Of a stretch of 64,000 nt of DNA, positions 10,891-21,212 are shown piece by piece. Position 1 is the first letter of the stretch. Each line of letters opens with the position of its first letter. The notes beneath the pieces are model-generated. The model did no database searches. It was not told where the DNA came from and worked only from the letters and a program-made list of their open reading frames with translations. Origin of the DNA: an uncultured virus (IMG/VR IMGVR_UViG_3300010157_000055) (lineage: Duplodnaviria; Heunggongvirae; Uroviricota; Caudoviricetes); the IMG/VR virus record IMGVR_UViG_3300010157_000055; one strand, given 5' to 3'. The position numbers and the translations under genes were made by a program.

Positions 10891-10992
10891 TCTAATTTAG
10901 AATCTAAATTGGTTGAGTAAAAGGGAGGGCATAGGAAACTATGCCTTTCCTGCTAAATACTGCGTCAAATTGACTTTGAGGTAAGAGTATAA

Positions 10993-11493
10993 ATGCCAAT
11001 ATTTCGCGGTAGAAATTTAGTAAGTGCAATCTCAGACTATAAAGATAGTGCAAGAGTTGTGCTTCGTTCCCCTATTGACCTGGCCAATTCTGTTTTTACA
11101 ATTGACGGAGTGACACTGAACGATAAAGATAGGGTATTGTTGGCTGGCCAAAGTCCAGCAACTACCAACGGAATTTATACCTGGTCGGCCAGCACTAATA
11201 AACTCACAAGATCAAAGGACGCAGATAGTAGCGTAGAGTTGACTTCCGGCGCCAAAGTGTATGTGGAAGAAGGAACTATTAACGAAAAAACAACATGGAC
11301 TGTGATCACTGCAGGAAATTTTACAATTGGCACATCAAGTATTGTATTTGCCAAAGAAAGCAGAATTGGTCCAGTTGATTTATCTGGAGCCTACGGCGCT
11401 TCTACCAAAACCCTAACAATAACATTAAACGAGTCCGGCCAAATTGACTCAATCGCCCAATCAGACATAGCTCTCGATGGCGGCGAATTCTAA
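10993..11493 (+). CDS. Fibre-associated structural protein
   Basis: IDGVTL...DRVLL..Q...NGIY motif common in phage fibre N-termini; ends LDGGEF, like the DGGTY ending of the previous gene. Confidence 0.65.
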   Translation: MPIFRGRNLVSAISDYKDSARVVLRSPIDLANSVFTIDGVTLNDKDRVLLAGQSPATTNGIYTWSASTNKLTRSKDADSSVELTSGAKVYVEEGTINEKTTWTVITAGNFTIGTSSIVFAKESRIGPVDLSGAYGASTKTLTITLNESGQIDSIAQSDIALDGGEF

Positions 11494-11596
11494 AATATTC
11501 AAGTACTACCACTGATTATTGGTTGGTCCTGGTAAATAGCTTTGGAAAGAATGGACGAAACCCATCAATAGACCAAAAAGGGAGTAGATACTCAAA

Positions 11597-14500
11597 ATGG
11601 CCAATCAAATCATTTTAAAGCGTAGTTCACAGGCGAGCAAAGTTCCAACAACAGCTCAACTAGAATTAGGCGAAATTGCTATCAACACATATGACGGCAG
11701 AATTTTCATCAAGAAAAACAACGGAGCAACATCAGTTGTTGAAATTGGTGGTGTAACAACCGTCAACACATACGGCGGCGCAGTAGTTCTAAATGCAGAT
11801 GATGTATTAGAAAAAGCATCATCGCCAAATAATTTATATTTCACTAATGCTCGTGCAAGAGCCGCATTAAGTGGAACAGGTAGCATCAGCTACAGCTCAT
11901 CAACTGGTGTTATCACAACTACCCAGTCAATCACAACTGCCGCTACACCAACATTTGCTGGTTTAACATTGACCGGCAACATGGGTATCACTGGTAACAT
12001 TACACCAAGTGCAAGCAACACCTATAGCCTAGGTACTGCTTCATATCCGTGGAAAGACGTGTTTGTTGGTCCAGGTACATTGTATGTTAACGGCAAAGCA
12101 GTTATTCAGGACACATCAGGTACAATGACTTTCAGTACTGACACTGACCAAAACATGCGTATTACCACAGCTGGTACTGGTGTTTTACAATTGGGTTCAA
12201 GTACAACATTAACAGCAGTAAGCGGTACTTTACAAATTCAAAGCGGTAAGAATGTCACTGACAGCGCAGGCGTAGCAGTTTCGTTTGGTAATGCCATTAA
12301 CATGAACACTGCCAAAATTATTGGCCTAGGTACTCCAAGTGCCAATACAGATGCCGCAACAAAAGGTTATGTTGATAGTACAGTTGGCGCATTAAGCACA
12401 AGCAGTATCACACAAGGTAACTCAAGTGTTTCAGTAGTTGACACAGGAACAGGTTCAATTACACTGACAGCAGATGGTTCAACAGCCATGACCGCTGATG
12501 CAACTGGTGTTACAATTTCAGGCAACTTGACAGTCAACGGAACAACAACCACAGTCAATTCAAATACAATTAACTTAGCTGACAACATTATCACATTAAA
12601 CAGTGATTGGACTGGCTCAGCCTCACAAAATGCTGGTGTTGAAGTCAATCGAGGTGATGATTCCAAGGTATCATTGCGTTGGAATGAAGGTTCGGACATT
12701 TGGCAATTTACAAATGATGGCGCAACATACTATCCAATGGCAGTCAATACAGATGGATTGGCAGAAGGTAGTACAAACCAATACCATACAACCACTCGTG
12801 CTAGAGCCGCATTGAGTGCAACAACAGCAACTGGTGTTAGCTACAGTAGTGCAACAGGTGTAATCAGCTTGGGTTCTATCCCAAATACTGCATTGGCAAA
12901 CAACAGCATCACTATCAATGGAACAGCAACAGCATTGGGTGGAACTCGTACATTGACAACTAGCGATGTTGCCGAAGGTACAAGCTTATACTATACTGAT
13001 ACTCGTGCTAGAGCCGCACTCAGCGCAACAACTGCAACAGGCGTTGCATACAACAGCTCAACAGGTGTTATTTCTTTAGCCAGCGTTCCAAACTCATCGT
13101 TGACAAACAGCTCAGTCACAATTGGTTCAACTGCTCTAAGCTTAGGTGCAACATCAACTGTGTTTGCTGGCCTAACAAGTGTAACATCAACAAGTTTTGT
13201 TGGTGCGCTAACTGGTAATGCTACAACAGCTACTACATTGGCAACAGCCCGTACAATTAACGGTGTAAGTTTTGATGGTAGCGCGGCAGTTACAGTTCAT
13301 ACAGCAGGTACAGGTATCAGCGTAAGTGGTACAAGTGTTGCAATTGATACTGCTGTAACAGTTGATAAAACAACTACTCAGACTTTGACCAACAAAACAT
13401 TAACAAGCCCAACAATCAACGGTGCAACAATTGGTGGTCATTTGCTTCCAAGCACTGATGTTACATACAACTTGGGTAGTGCAACCTACAGATTCAAAGA
13501 TCTATTCTTAAGCGGCAACACAATTCAACTTGGTACTGCAACAATCTCTGCCAGTGGCAGTGGTGTTGGTATGTCAAGCTTGGCACTAACTGGTGCAACA
13601 AGCGGTACTGTTACATTAACTCCTCCGGCAGTGGCAGGCACAACAGCAATTAGTATTCCAGCAACAAATGGAACATTGGTAACAACAGGCGACACAGGTA
13701 CTGTTACAAGCACAATGATTGCCGACGGTACAATTGTCAACGGTGACATTAGTGCCAGCGCCGCAATTGCCTACAGCAAATTGGCACTAACTGGTGCAAT
13801 TTTAAATGCTGACTTAGCTGGTAGTATTGCTACAAGCAAGATCACTGGTTTAGCTACATCTGCTACAACAGATACAACTAATGCAAGTAACATTACTAGC
13901 GGTACATTACCAAATGCTCGTTTAGTAAGTGTTCCAAACAGCGCATTGGCAAACAGCTCAGTAACAGTTGGTACAACAGCAATTGCATTGGGTGCAAGCT
14001 CAACAACATTGGCTGGTTTAACTAGTGTTACATCAACTGGCTTTACTGGTGCTTTGACAGGTAATGCAGACACAGCAACAGCATTAGCAACAGGTAGAAC
14101 TATTGCTTTAACTGGCGATGTCACATACACTAGCCCATCATTTACTGGTGCTGGCAATGTAACAGCGGCAGCTACACTGGCCACAGTCAACAGTAATACT
14201 GGTGCATTTGGTTCAGCAACGGCTATTCCAGTAATCACAGTCAACGGCAAGGGTTTAATTACTGCAATTTCAACAACAGCAGTTTCTATTCCAAGTGGCG
14301 CTTTAACATTCACTGGTGATGTAACAGGTTCAGGTACAACTGGTAGTTCAACAGCATTGACAATTGCCACCGGCGCAGTTACAAATGTCAAACTAGCAAA
14401 CAGTTCTGTTACAGTCACAGCTGGTACAGGCATGTCAGGTGGCGGTGCAGTGGCATTAGGTAGCACAATTACATTGACCAATGCTGGTGTAACAAGTATC

Positions 14501-15049
14501 GTTGCTGGTACAGGTATTAGCGTAAGTGGTGCAACAGGTGCAGTTACAGTTACCAACAGTATCACAAACAACAACCAGTTGACAAACGGTTCTGGCTATG
14601 TTACATCAAGCGTCTTGGCAAGTACACACACTGGTGCATTGTCCACAAGTAGTGCTTGTGCAACAGGTGCTTTGACAGTTACTGGTGCTATTACAGCTAC
14701 TGGTGAAGTTACAGCTTACTACTCAGACATTAACTTGAAGAAGGACATTGTAGAAATTACAGATCCTATTGCCAAGGTAATGAGCTTGCGTGGTGTTACT
14801 TTCCGTCCAAATGATACAGCGTTGGCCTTGGGCATTGTTGACAAAGAAGAAGTTGGTGTTATTGCTCAAGAAGTTGAAGCAGTATTACCACAGCTTGTAT
14901 CAGCCAGTGCATTTGAAGGTTATAAAACTGTTAAGTATGAGAAGTTGACAGCATTGTTGCTCGAAGCAATTAAAGCCCAACAGCTACAACTTGATGCCTT
15001 AACAGCTCAAATTGCTAAGTTAGGCGGTTCGGCTACAACCGAACTTTAA
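11597..15049 (+). CDS. Tail fibre with C-terminal intramolecular chaperone (peptidase S74)
   Basis: C-terminal YSDINLKKDI..LRGVTF..GVIAQEVEAVLP.LV..V.YEKL.ALL.EAIK plus coiled coil; N-terminal ILKRSS..P...L..GEIAIN. Confidence 0.88.
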   Translation: MANQIILKRSSQASKVPTTAQLELGEIAINTYDGRIFIKKNNGATSVVEIGGVTTVNTYGGAVVLNADDVLEKASSPNNLYFTNARARAALSGTGSISYSSSTGVITTTQSITTAATPTFAGLTLTGNMGITGNITPSASNTYSLGTASYPWKDVFVGPGTLYVNGKAVIQDTSGTMTFSTDTDQNMRITTAGTGVLQLGSSTTLTAVSGTLQIQSGKNVTDSAGVAVSFGNAINMNTAKIIGLGTPSANTDAATKGYVDSTVGALSTSSITQGNSSVSVVDTGTGSITLTADGSTAMTADATGVTISGNLTVNGTTTTVNSNTINLADNIITLNSDWTGSASQNAGVEVNRGDDSKVSLRWNEGSDIWQFTNDGATYYPMAVNTDGLAEGSTNQYHTTTRARAALSATTATGVSYSSATGVISLGSIPNTALANNSITINGTATALGGTRTLTTSDVAEGTSLYYTDTRARAALSATTATGVAYNSSTGVISLASVPNSSLTNSSVTIGSTALSLGATSTVFAGLTSVTSTSFVGALTGNATTATTLATARTINGVSFDGSAAVTVHTAGTGISVSGTSVAIDTAVTVDKTTTQTLTNKTLTSPTINGATIGGHLLPSTDVTYNLGSATYRFKDLFLSGNTIQLGTATISASGSGVGMSSLALTGATSGTVTLTPPAVAGTTAISIPATNGTLVTTGDTGTVTSTMIADGTIVNGDISASAAIAYSKLALTGAILNADLAGSIATSKITGLATSATTDTTNASNITSGTLPNARLVSVPNSALANSSVTVGTTAIALGASSTTLAGLTSVTSTGFTGALTGNADTATALATGRTIALTGDVTYTSPSFTGAGNVTAAATLATVNSNTGAFGSATAIPVITVNGKGLITAISTTAVSIPSGALTFTGDVTGSGTTGSSTALTIATGAVTNVKLANSSVTVTAGTGMSGGGAVALGSTITLTNAGVTSIVAGTGISVSGATGAVTVTNSITNNNQLTNGSGYVTSSVLASTHTGALSTSSACATGALTVTGAITATGEVTAYYSDINLKKDIVEITDPIAKVMSLRGVTFRPNDTALALGIVDKEEVGVIAQEVEAVLPQLVSASAFEGYKTVKYEKLTALLLEAIKAQQLQLDALTAQIAKLGGSATTEL

Positions 15050-15080
15050 GCTCTGGTAACTAGCAAAGGAGATATACATT

Positions 15081-15272
15081 ATGGCAATCCTTCCAGCAAC
15101 TGGATCGGCAATGACTTTTACTAATGTCAAAAAGGGCTACAGCAATGCGGCCCCAGGCGCAGGCTCAAATACCGCATTACGCGGTACACTTGGCGCTTAC
15201 ATTAGTATCAGTACAGGTGCCGTTAGTTTAAGTTCTACATTTGGCGGTCGAAGTACACCTTATGCAACTTAA
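15081..15272 (+). CDS. Small fibre-associated protein
   Basis: AAGGAG RBS; 63 aa directly after the S74 fibre; followed by a terminator. Confidence 0.65.
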   Translation: MAILPATGSAMTFTNVKKGYSNAAPGAGSNTALRGTLGAYISISTGAVSLSSTFGGRSTPYAT

Positions 15273-15284
15273 TCGTTGATAAAC

Positions 15285-15314
15285 AAAGAAAGGGCGGCAA
15301 CGCCCTTTCTTTTT
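15285..15314 (+). terminator. Intrinsic terminator
   Basis: AAAGAAAGGGCG-GCAA-CGCCCTTTCTTTTT. Confidence 0.9.
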
Positions 15315-15370
15315 GGTTATGATTTCAGAAAATATTTTGATACATAGTAAGTTATTAAAGGAGTTTACCC

Positions 15371-15883
15371 ATGCAACTATCACAAGTTGAAGTTCTAGCC
15401 AGTTCTAGAGCGTTATTGAAGAATGTACCATTCCGTACCAAATTTGAAAGAGAAAACTTTCTATATGGATCGGCCAGTGGTCCAAGACTATTGGTTATTC
15501 TTTGCCAAGAAATTGAAGCGTTGAATAATTTGTTCGAGCAAACCAGCAATGAAGACGAACTAGCGTCAGTGCTAAATGAAATGAATATCATTCTAGAAAA
15601 AATTAATGAACTAAAGGCTGAAATTGGCACAGATATTGAAACAGCCTTGGAAAATGCAGAACCTGAATTCTGGGTAGAAGCATTGGCCAGAAAAGCCGCA
15701 ATTGAAGCATTGACACAAAAGTTTAGTTTTGATAATATGGAACAGATGTTAAAATTACCAGCTGAACTGTATGAAGAAACAATTACCAAGTGCCAAAGTT
15801 TTCTTAATGTAATTAATAAGACCACCAGGTTAGCAGAACGCAAGGCAAATTTATCTAATGTGCCAAGTGACGTGGGCGAATAA
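15371..15883 (+). CDS. Hypothetical helical protein
   Basis: AAGGAG RBS; 170 aa. Confidence 0.7.
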   Translation: MQLSQVEVLASSRALLKNVPFRTKFERENFLYGSASGPRLLVILCQEIEALNNLFEQTSNEDELASVLNEMNIILEKINELKAEIGTDIETALENAEPEFWVEALARKAAIEALTQKFSFDNMEQMLKLPAELYEETITKCQSFLNVINKTTRLAERKANLSNVPSDVGE

Positions 15884-15886
15884 AAC

Positions 15887-16531
15887 TTGTTAAAGTCCGG
15901 GAAAACTATCTTTGATAAACAACCTGCTTTGAGTGAGCAGGTTGTAATCTGCATTCCAACAAATGGAATGATGCATTCATTGAGTGCGTTTTGCCTAACC
16001 AACGCAATACGATTCACTGAAAAGCAAGGTATACCAGTAGTACTAGAAATGGATGCAGGTACAGTATTGAGCAATCAACGACAAGTATTGTTAGATAGTG
16101 CTATTAATACTCATCAAGCAGATCACGTCATGTGGTTTGATAGCGATATGACATTTCCAGAAGATGTCATTGTCAGACTACTTGAACACAATAAAAATGT
16201 TGTTTGTGCAACATACTCCAAGAGAGTAGAGCCATTTCATGTCACTGCTTTTTACAACATTAATCCTGTTGAACCAGTGGATGTCAGCGGTCACGGTCTA
16301 GCTGAAATAAAATACACAGGAATGGGTTGTGTATTAATGAAGGCCAGTATCGTCAATGAAATTCCAAGCCCACATTTTCCTCTAAAGTGGCATGCACCCA
16401 GTTCTTCATGGCACGGCGAGGATATGGGTTTTTGCGAAGTGCTTTCGCAGAACAATGTTAAAATATTTTGCGACTTAGATCTTAGTCGAGAGATTGGGCA
16501 TTTAGGGACACAAGAATTTTATGTGAAGTAG
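15887..16531 (+). CDS. GT-A/GT2-like glycosyltransferase
   Basis: VVICIPT, WFDSDM (DxD), GMGCVL, GEDMGFC and IGHLG. Confidence 0.75.
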   Translation: MLKSGKTIFDKQPALSEQVVICIPTNGMMHSLSAFCLTNAIRFTEKQGIPVVLEMDAGTVLSNQRQVLLDSAINTHQADHVMWFDSDMTFPEDVIVRLLEHNKNVVCATYSKRVEPFHVTAFYNINPVEPVDVSGHGLAEIKYTGMGCVLMKASIVNEIPSPHFPLKWHAPSSSWHGEDMGFCEVLSQNNVKIFCDLDLSREIGHLGTQEFYVK

Positions 16532-16913
16532 GCAAGCTGACAAAAAATGAGCACCAGCGATTTAATTTTTTAAGATTGATGCCTGCAGAAATATGATATT
16601 CTGGATACATATCATTGGCCAGCACACTACGCATACTTGCACCATCCAACACTGAGCTCATTACAAGTTTAGTCTTGAGACTTTGGTCTAAAATTATACT
16701 ATTGAGCAACGGATGGTACCACAATTCCTCATTGATGAGACGACGAATTTCCAAGTACCATCTTTCTGTGTGACTGATAGAATTTTTATACAGATTATTT
16801 AGAAGAGGGTTGTTAAGCCACGGCTCCCAACAATGTTGATATTCTAGTTGGTGGTGGGGCCCTGTATAAATGTCAAGTAATTTTTTATTTGGCGCCTTAA
16901 TTACTCTTAACAT
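16482..16913 (-). CDS. Hypothetical protein
   Basis: 143-aa ORF coupled to the NUDIX gene on the minus strand. Confidence 0.6.
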   Translation of the reverse strand: MLRVIKAPNKKLLDIYTGPHHQLEYQHCWEPWLNNPLLNNLYKNSISHTERWYLEIRRLINEELWYHPLLNSIILDQSLKTKLVMSSVLDGASMRSVLANDMYPEYHISAGINLKKLNRWCSFFVSLPTSHKILVSLNAQSLD

Positions 16914-17328
16914 TGTTTAATAACCCTTCGAGCGTTTCTTTAAAACCTCTACTGTTAAACATCTTGGCTGTATTGCGATGCAATGGCTGTGGCCACTCCC
17001 ACATGTTTACCCAACAATAACCTGCACTCTCTGAATCAATGATGGGTACAAACTCGTCTTCGCATAAGATTAGATAACTGACATGTCTAAATCGTTTGTC
17101 TCTAGTGGTGAAAGTGTACACATGACTGATTGCAATAGTTTCTGGCACACCAGGAAAACCTAGTTCTTCACACAGTTCTCTTTTGAGTCCATTGAGGTCA
17201 CCTTCATTGCCTTCAAGCTTGCCGCCCCATATGCCCCAACACATGCTGTGTGATTCACTGGGACTTCGCAACTGCATCATTGCTCTGCCTGTTTTTTTAC
17301 TTACGATTAGTGCGCCTACTGCTCTCAT
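16897..17328 (-). CDS. NUDIX hydrolase
   Basis: Nudix box WGGKLEGNEGDLNGLKRELCEELG. Confidence 0.85.
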   Translation of the reverse strand: MRAVGALIVSKKTGRAMMQLRSPSESHSMCWGIWGGKLEGNEGDLNGLKRELCEELGFPGVPETIAISHVYTFTTRDKRFRHVSYLILCEDEFVPIIDSESAGYCWVNMWEWPQPLHRNTAKMFNSRGFKETLEGLLNNVKSN

Positions 17329-17337
17329 ACTTTGTAG

Positions 17338-18702
17338 TTAGTTGACTATGCGCCACCAGCCTTGTTCGAATATTCCTTCTATTGCCAATACCCAATCTGT
17401 GCCATTGAAGTATAACTTTTTCATTGTGTTGGCATTGGTAGTATAACCACTGGTGTTGACAGCCCGTGCATCAAATGAAACAATCCAATTACTGCCGTTA
17501 TACTCAATAATGTCATTGGTAAATGCTTCCAAGTTGCCCCACAAGCTATTCATAATCATGTTGTTGGCCAATAGATATCGCTGTCCAACAGCCGGCACAG
17601 GAATATTGGCTGTGCCCGGAGAAGATCTTTCTGGATCAACTACACCGTTGATCATTGGGATTGTATCAGTTGGCAATGTGCTGTTGTCCATAGAATAGCC
17701 AAGTACATTTTCATTTCCAGGAACTTCAACCACCCGTAAAATTATTTCGTTTGGATCCAGTGCATCGCCCAATTTCAATCGAAGTTCAGTAATGCCATTT
17801 CTAATGCCGCCGTGTATCTCAAAGTGTGATTTCCAACTTAGGTTTGCACCAGTGCTGTCGTCATTGTCTTTTGCAGTATTATCATTGTTCAGTAACTGAA
17901 CAAAATCTTCATTTACCTTAATGTGACGATCTTTAAAAGTGATCCATTGTCTGCTGTTTGCAGTCTGCTCATTGAGCACAATGTTGTCAAGGAATGTTGT
18001 AGCATCAATTGGGCTGTTGAAAGCACTAATGCTGGCAAGAATACTATGGATAAGCACCTGTCTTTTGACCTTGGCAGGTGGTGTCAAATAAATTGGCAGG
18101 GAGAAGATTAAACTTGCTACGTCTATGATATCGTCTGTTCCTTGCGGAATACTACGAGCAGTCCAAGTAATGTTTACAAGTTCTACCACTGCCAAACTGG
18201 TCCAGTCATATGGATTCTGACTGCTTTGTAAGTTAACACTTGGATTGAACAATAGTAAAATTTGCTCAAGTAACTGAAGCTTCTGTTCTGTATTACTGGT
18301 CCAAATGTCCACATTGATTGTTAGATCAAACGGAATAGGTGCATGTCTTTCTAAGGTATAAGTTTCACCAATGCTATCTAGTACATTGCCCAGTGGGTCA
18401 ACTGCCTTCTCATAAATTTGCACAGCATCTTGATGCGACGGATTTAGGCGGCGATCTGCATTGGGCACAAGCTCTGCAATATAACAACTGATGGCAGGCA
18501 CACTAAGAATTGTGTTCTCGCTGTTTTTGCGAAGTATGTGTTGACTCATACGATTCGTATCACCGTAGCGTACCGGCACTTGATGATAGTAATCATCATT
18601 GTTTGCATCCTTGCCCATCTTAACACTGAAGCCGCCAAACACACGCATGAACTGAAGCAACCAGCGTCTTATTTGTTGGTCGTAAAAATATTGTTGAGCC
18701 AT
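17338..18702 (-). CDS. Tail sheath stabiliser/terminator (gp15-like) with C-terminal extension
   Basis: YFYD.QIRR..QF..VF, VPVRYG, PIPFDL.I and QLLEQIL.LFNP. Confidence 0.75.
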   Translation of the reverse strand: MAQQYFYDQQIRRWLLQFMRVFGGFSVKMGKDANNDDYYHQVPVRYGDTNRMSQHILRKNSENTILSVPAISCYIAELVPNADRRLNPSHQDAVQIYEKAVDPLGNVLDSIGETYTLERHAPIPFDLTINVDIWTSNTEQKLQLLEQILLLFNPSVNLQSSQNPYDWTSLAVVELVNITWTARSIPQGTDDIIDVASLIFSLPIYLTPPAKVKRQVLIHSILASISAFNSPIDATTFLDNIVLNEQTANSRQWITFKDRHIKVNEDFVQLLNNDNTAKDNDDSTGANLSWKSHFEIHGGIRNGITELRLKLGDALDPNEIILRVVEVPGNENVLGYSMDNSTLPTDTIPMINGVVDPERSSPGTANIPVPAVGQRYLLANNMIMNSLWGNLEAFTNDIIEYNGSNWIVSFDARAVNTSGYTTNANTMKKLYFNGTDWVLAIEGIFEQGWWRIVN

Positions 18703-19796
18703 TAATTATCTGCCTTAGGTTTTACAAATACTTTACTCAGGGCCTGGCGTTCAGGAACAGTATTAACAGTTCCACCAGCGCCTTGCGTAGTGGTAGTATT
18801 TGTATTGTTAATAAAATTGCCAGCGTTGACAGTATTGTTGATCCACTGCATTTCGTTCAAGTTGTCCATGACCCTATGCCATTTATTTCCACGATACACA
18901 AATAATCTAGTTGGAGTAAAATCTGCTCTTTGAAACAACATGCCCTGACTTGGCGCATCTGGAAAAGACAATCCACTGTCAACGCCTGTACGATCACTGG
19001 AATTTTCAGGGGTAGCAACATGAATGATACTTGTACTCTGTCCGCTCATTACATTTATTACTGGAACATTTGTAATGTTATCAAATGGAGTATTAAGGTA
19101 GCCGGTGTTTGGAGTCATTACTTTTGCTGATTCAACAATGGCATTGCTAATTTGAATTTCTCGATTGTAGGTACTCAATGCATTTTTCAAGCTGTCTTCA
19201 TCTTCTGGATTGCCTAAGATGCTACGATATTCCTGTGCATCATTCATTGGTGCCACTTTGATTCGCCAAAGATGCGACCACCAAGTTGGACCAAAACCTT
19301 CTGCGGCTTTTGATGCATCCTGTACTACATAAAATTTGTTAATACTTTTTGCGTTGGCATCTAATAGTAAATCGTCATTCAAGTGCGGCAACTCAATGAC
19401 ATCACCTGCCATTAATTTTCGCCCTAGATGTTTGACCATCTCATTGGTATGGAATGTGATAAACAAGGTGTCAGCATTTAAAAATAAACCAAACTGACTC
19501 AAGTCAAAGTCTTGGTCGTTGACATTATAAGTACCACGCAATTCATAGATAGTGGTATCGTATACACGATCGCGGTTTTCCATAAACAAGATGTCTTGTA
19601 TGTCCATTTCGTTAATTTCGGTCTGAGCCGCCAAATTTGGCTTGGCCGGATCTGATCCATCCTCAACTGCCGCCGGCCCTAAATATTTGTGGACCAACAT
19701 GCTGGTGCCGCTGGCATCTACCATGTCACGGATCACACGGTCCTGATAGTAATAGTCTTGCGTTTTAGCGTTTTTCCAAAGTGAGATTCTAGGCAT
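18702..19796 (-). CDS. Neck/head-closure protein (gp14-like)
   Basis: LFMENRDR.YD, DLSQFGL...D.LFITF and GDVIELP; coupled to the gp15-like gene. Confidence 0.7.
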   Translation of the reverse strand: MPRISLWKNAKTQDYYYQDRVIRDMVDASGTSMLVHKYLGPAAVEDGSDPAKPNLAAQTEINEMDIQDILFMENRDRVYDTTIYELRGTYNVNDQDFDLSQFGLFLNADTLFITFHTNEMVKHLGRKLMAGDVIELPHLNDDLLLDANAKSINKFYVVQDASKAAEGFGPTWWSHLWRIKVAPMNDAQEYRSILGNPEDEDSLKNALSTYNREIQISNAIVESAKVMTPNTGYLNTPFDNITNVPVINVMSGQSTSIIHVATPENSSDRTGVDSGLSFPDAPSQGMLFQRADFTPTRLFVYRGNKWHRVMDNLNEMQWINNTVNAGNFINNTNTTTTQGAGGTVNTVPERQALSKVFVKPKADN

Positions 19797-19855
19797 AATT
19801 TCCTCAGGTCCATTATGGACCTATTCTATTGTGTTATTTACCGCTTAGATGTCGC

Positions 19856-19884
19856 TTGACAGGTTCGCAAAGATAAGTTATAAT
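19856..19884 (+). promoter_or_regulatory. Consensus sigma70 (early) promoter
   Basis: TTGACA-N17-TATAAT. Confidence 0.9.
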
Positions 19885-19916
19885 AGCATCTATACGCTAC
19901 TAACTTGGAGTAAAAC

Positions 19917-21170
19917 ATGGCCACAGCAACTAAACGCACAGTCGCAAAACCCCCTAAAAAGAAAAAAACACTGGGCCGAAGCACTCGTACTGCCAGAGAC
20001 TCTGGCACAGTAAAATTTGATGCCAATGGCAAGCCCAAGCTAAAAGCCATCCAAGTCACTGACATTCATCGTATGGGGCACGAACCAGAATGGACTGAAC
20101 AGGGCACATGGGATGAAGTGCAACGCAGAATTCAAATGAGCCGTGCGTTCAACTGGTACAACTACTCCTGTGATCACAAAGATGCCAGGGCATTTTTTGA
20201 AGCATATTGTGCTACTAAAGAAGAATTGGCACATTATCCTGCCAAGTTCAAAGCAGTCAATGACAGCCAGTATACTTTAACAGTTGGTTGGGTGTGCCGT
20301 ATGGTGCTGGCAGGATTTGAACTGCAAAATGATGAGGAGCGTCACATCCATCAGCTAATTGGAAACTTGGAAGCTCGTCTTGCTTCTGAGAAAAATGTGG
20401 TAGTTGATCCAGCGGTACCAGTGGTCAAAAAAGAAACAATCCAAGACAGGCTTGCTGAAAAGTTCAGTGAAGCAATGGGCGAGATTGAAGGAGCAATTGA
20501 CGAGTTTATAACTGAAGGCAAAGAATTTTCTGCTTACAAATTCTTACAAGGGCAAAACATTTCTGTGCAGTACATTGCCAAAGTGGCAGAATTCATCCAA
20601 CCCAAAATTAACGAACTAAATGAATTGCTGGAAGGAAGGGACAGCCAGCTCATGGAAGGGTACAAACACATGAGCAAGCGTGATGTCAAAGCATTAATCA
20701 AGTTCTACGAGGCAATTATCAATGATGCTAGTGCATACAAAACTAGTAAAATTGCCACTCGTGCCAAGCCCAAGCGCAAGCCAGTGCCACCTGAGCGCCA
20801 AGTTAAAGGTCTAAAGTATCTTAGAGAGTTTGCTGAGCTTGGTCTCAAGAGCATTAACCCAACTGAGATCTTAGAAATGAGTGAGCTGTGGACTTACAAT
20901 ACCAAGACTCGCAAGTTGGGTCGCTTTGTTGTAGCCATGCATGGCGACATGGTAGTGGGACAGTTGGGCGTTAAGGGCTCTGCTATCATTGGCTTTGATG
21001 AGATCAAGAGCACTTGCAAGACCCTGCGTAAACCCGCAGAAAAGCTGGCAGAGTTTAAGACACAGGGCAAGCCCGGATTGCGTAAGTTTATGGACACCAT
21101 TAGATCAGTGGAAACCAGGTTAAAAGGGCGCATTAGTCCAGAAACAATCTTGCTCCGAGCAATCAAGTAG
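19917..21170 (+). CDS. Hypothetical early protein with basic N-terminus
   Basis: 417 aa; GGAG RBS; perfect sigma70 promoter upstream. Confidence 0.8.
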   Translation: MATATKRTVAKPPKKKKTLGRSTRTARDSGTVKFDANGKPKLKAIQVTDIHRMGHEPEWTEQGTWDEVQRRIQMSRAFNWYNYSCDHKDARAFFEAYCATKEELAHYPAKFKAVNDSQYTLTVGWVCRMVLAGFELQNDEERHIHQLIGNLEARLASEKNVVVDPAVPVVKKETIQDRLAEKFSEAMGEIEGAIDEFITEGKEFSAYKFLQGQNISVQYIAKVAEFIQPKINELNELLEGRDSQLMEGYKHMSKRDVKALIKFYEAIINDASAYKTSKIATRAKPKRKPVPPERQVKGLKYLREFAELGLKSINPTEILEMSELWTYNTKTRKLGRFVVAMHGDMVVGQLGVKGSAIIGFDEIKSTCKTLRKPAEKLAEFKTQGKPGLRKFMDTIRSVETRLKGRISPETILLRAIK

Positions 21171-21179
21171 GTTTTGTGG

Positions 21180-21210
21180 AGTGTCTCCGGTAAATAGTCT
21201 CGGAGACACT
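21180..21210 (+). promoter_or_regulatory. RBS-sequestering hairpin with a late promoter in its loop
   Basis: AGTGTCTCCG-[GTAAATAGTCT]-CGGAGACACT; the GGAG in the 3' arm is the RBS for ATG 21213. Confidence 0.8.
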
Positions 21211-21212
21211 AT

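Noticed and set aside
7065..16074. Long antisense ORFs over the fibre and neighbouring genes (for example 13771..14574 and 15355..16074)
   Set aside because: These are shadow frames caused by codon bias and repeats of the plus-strand genes.
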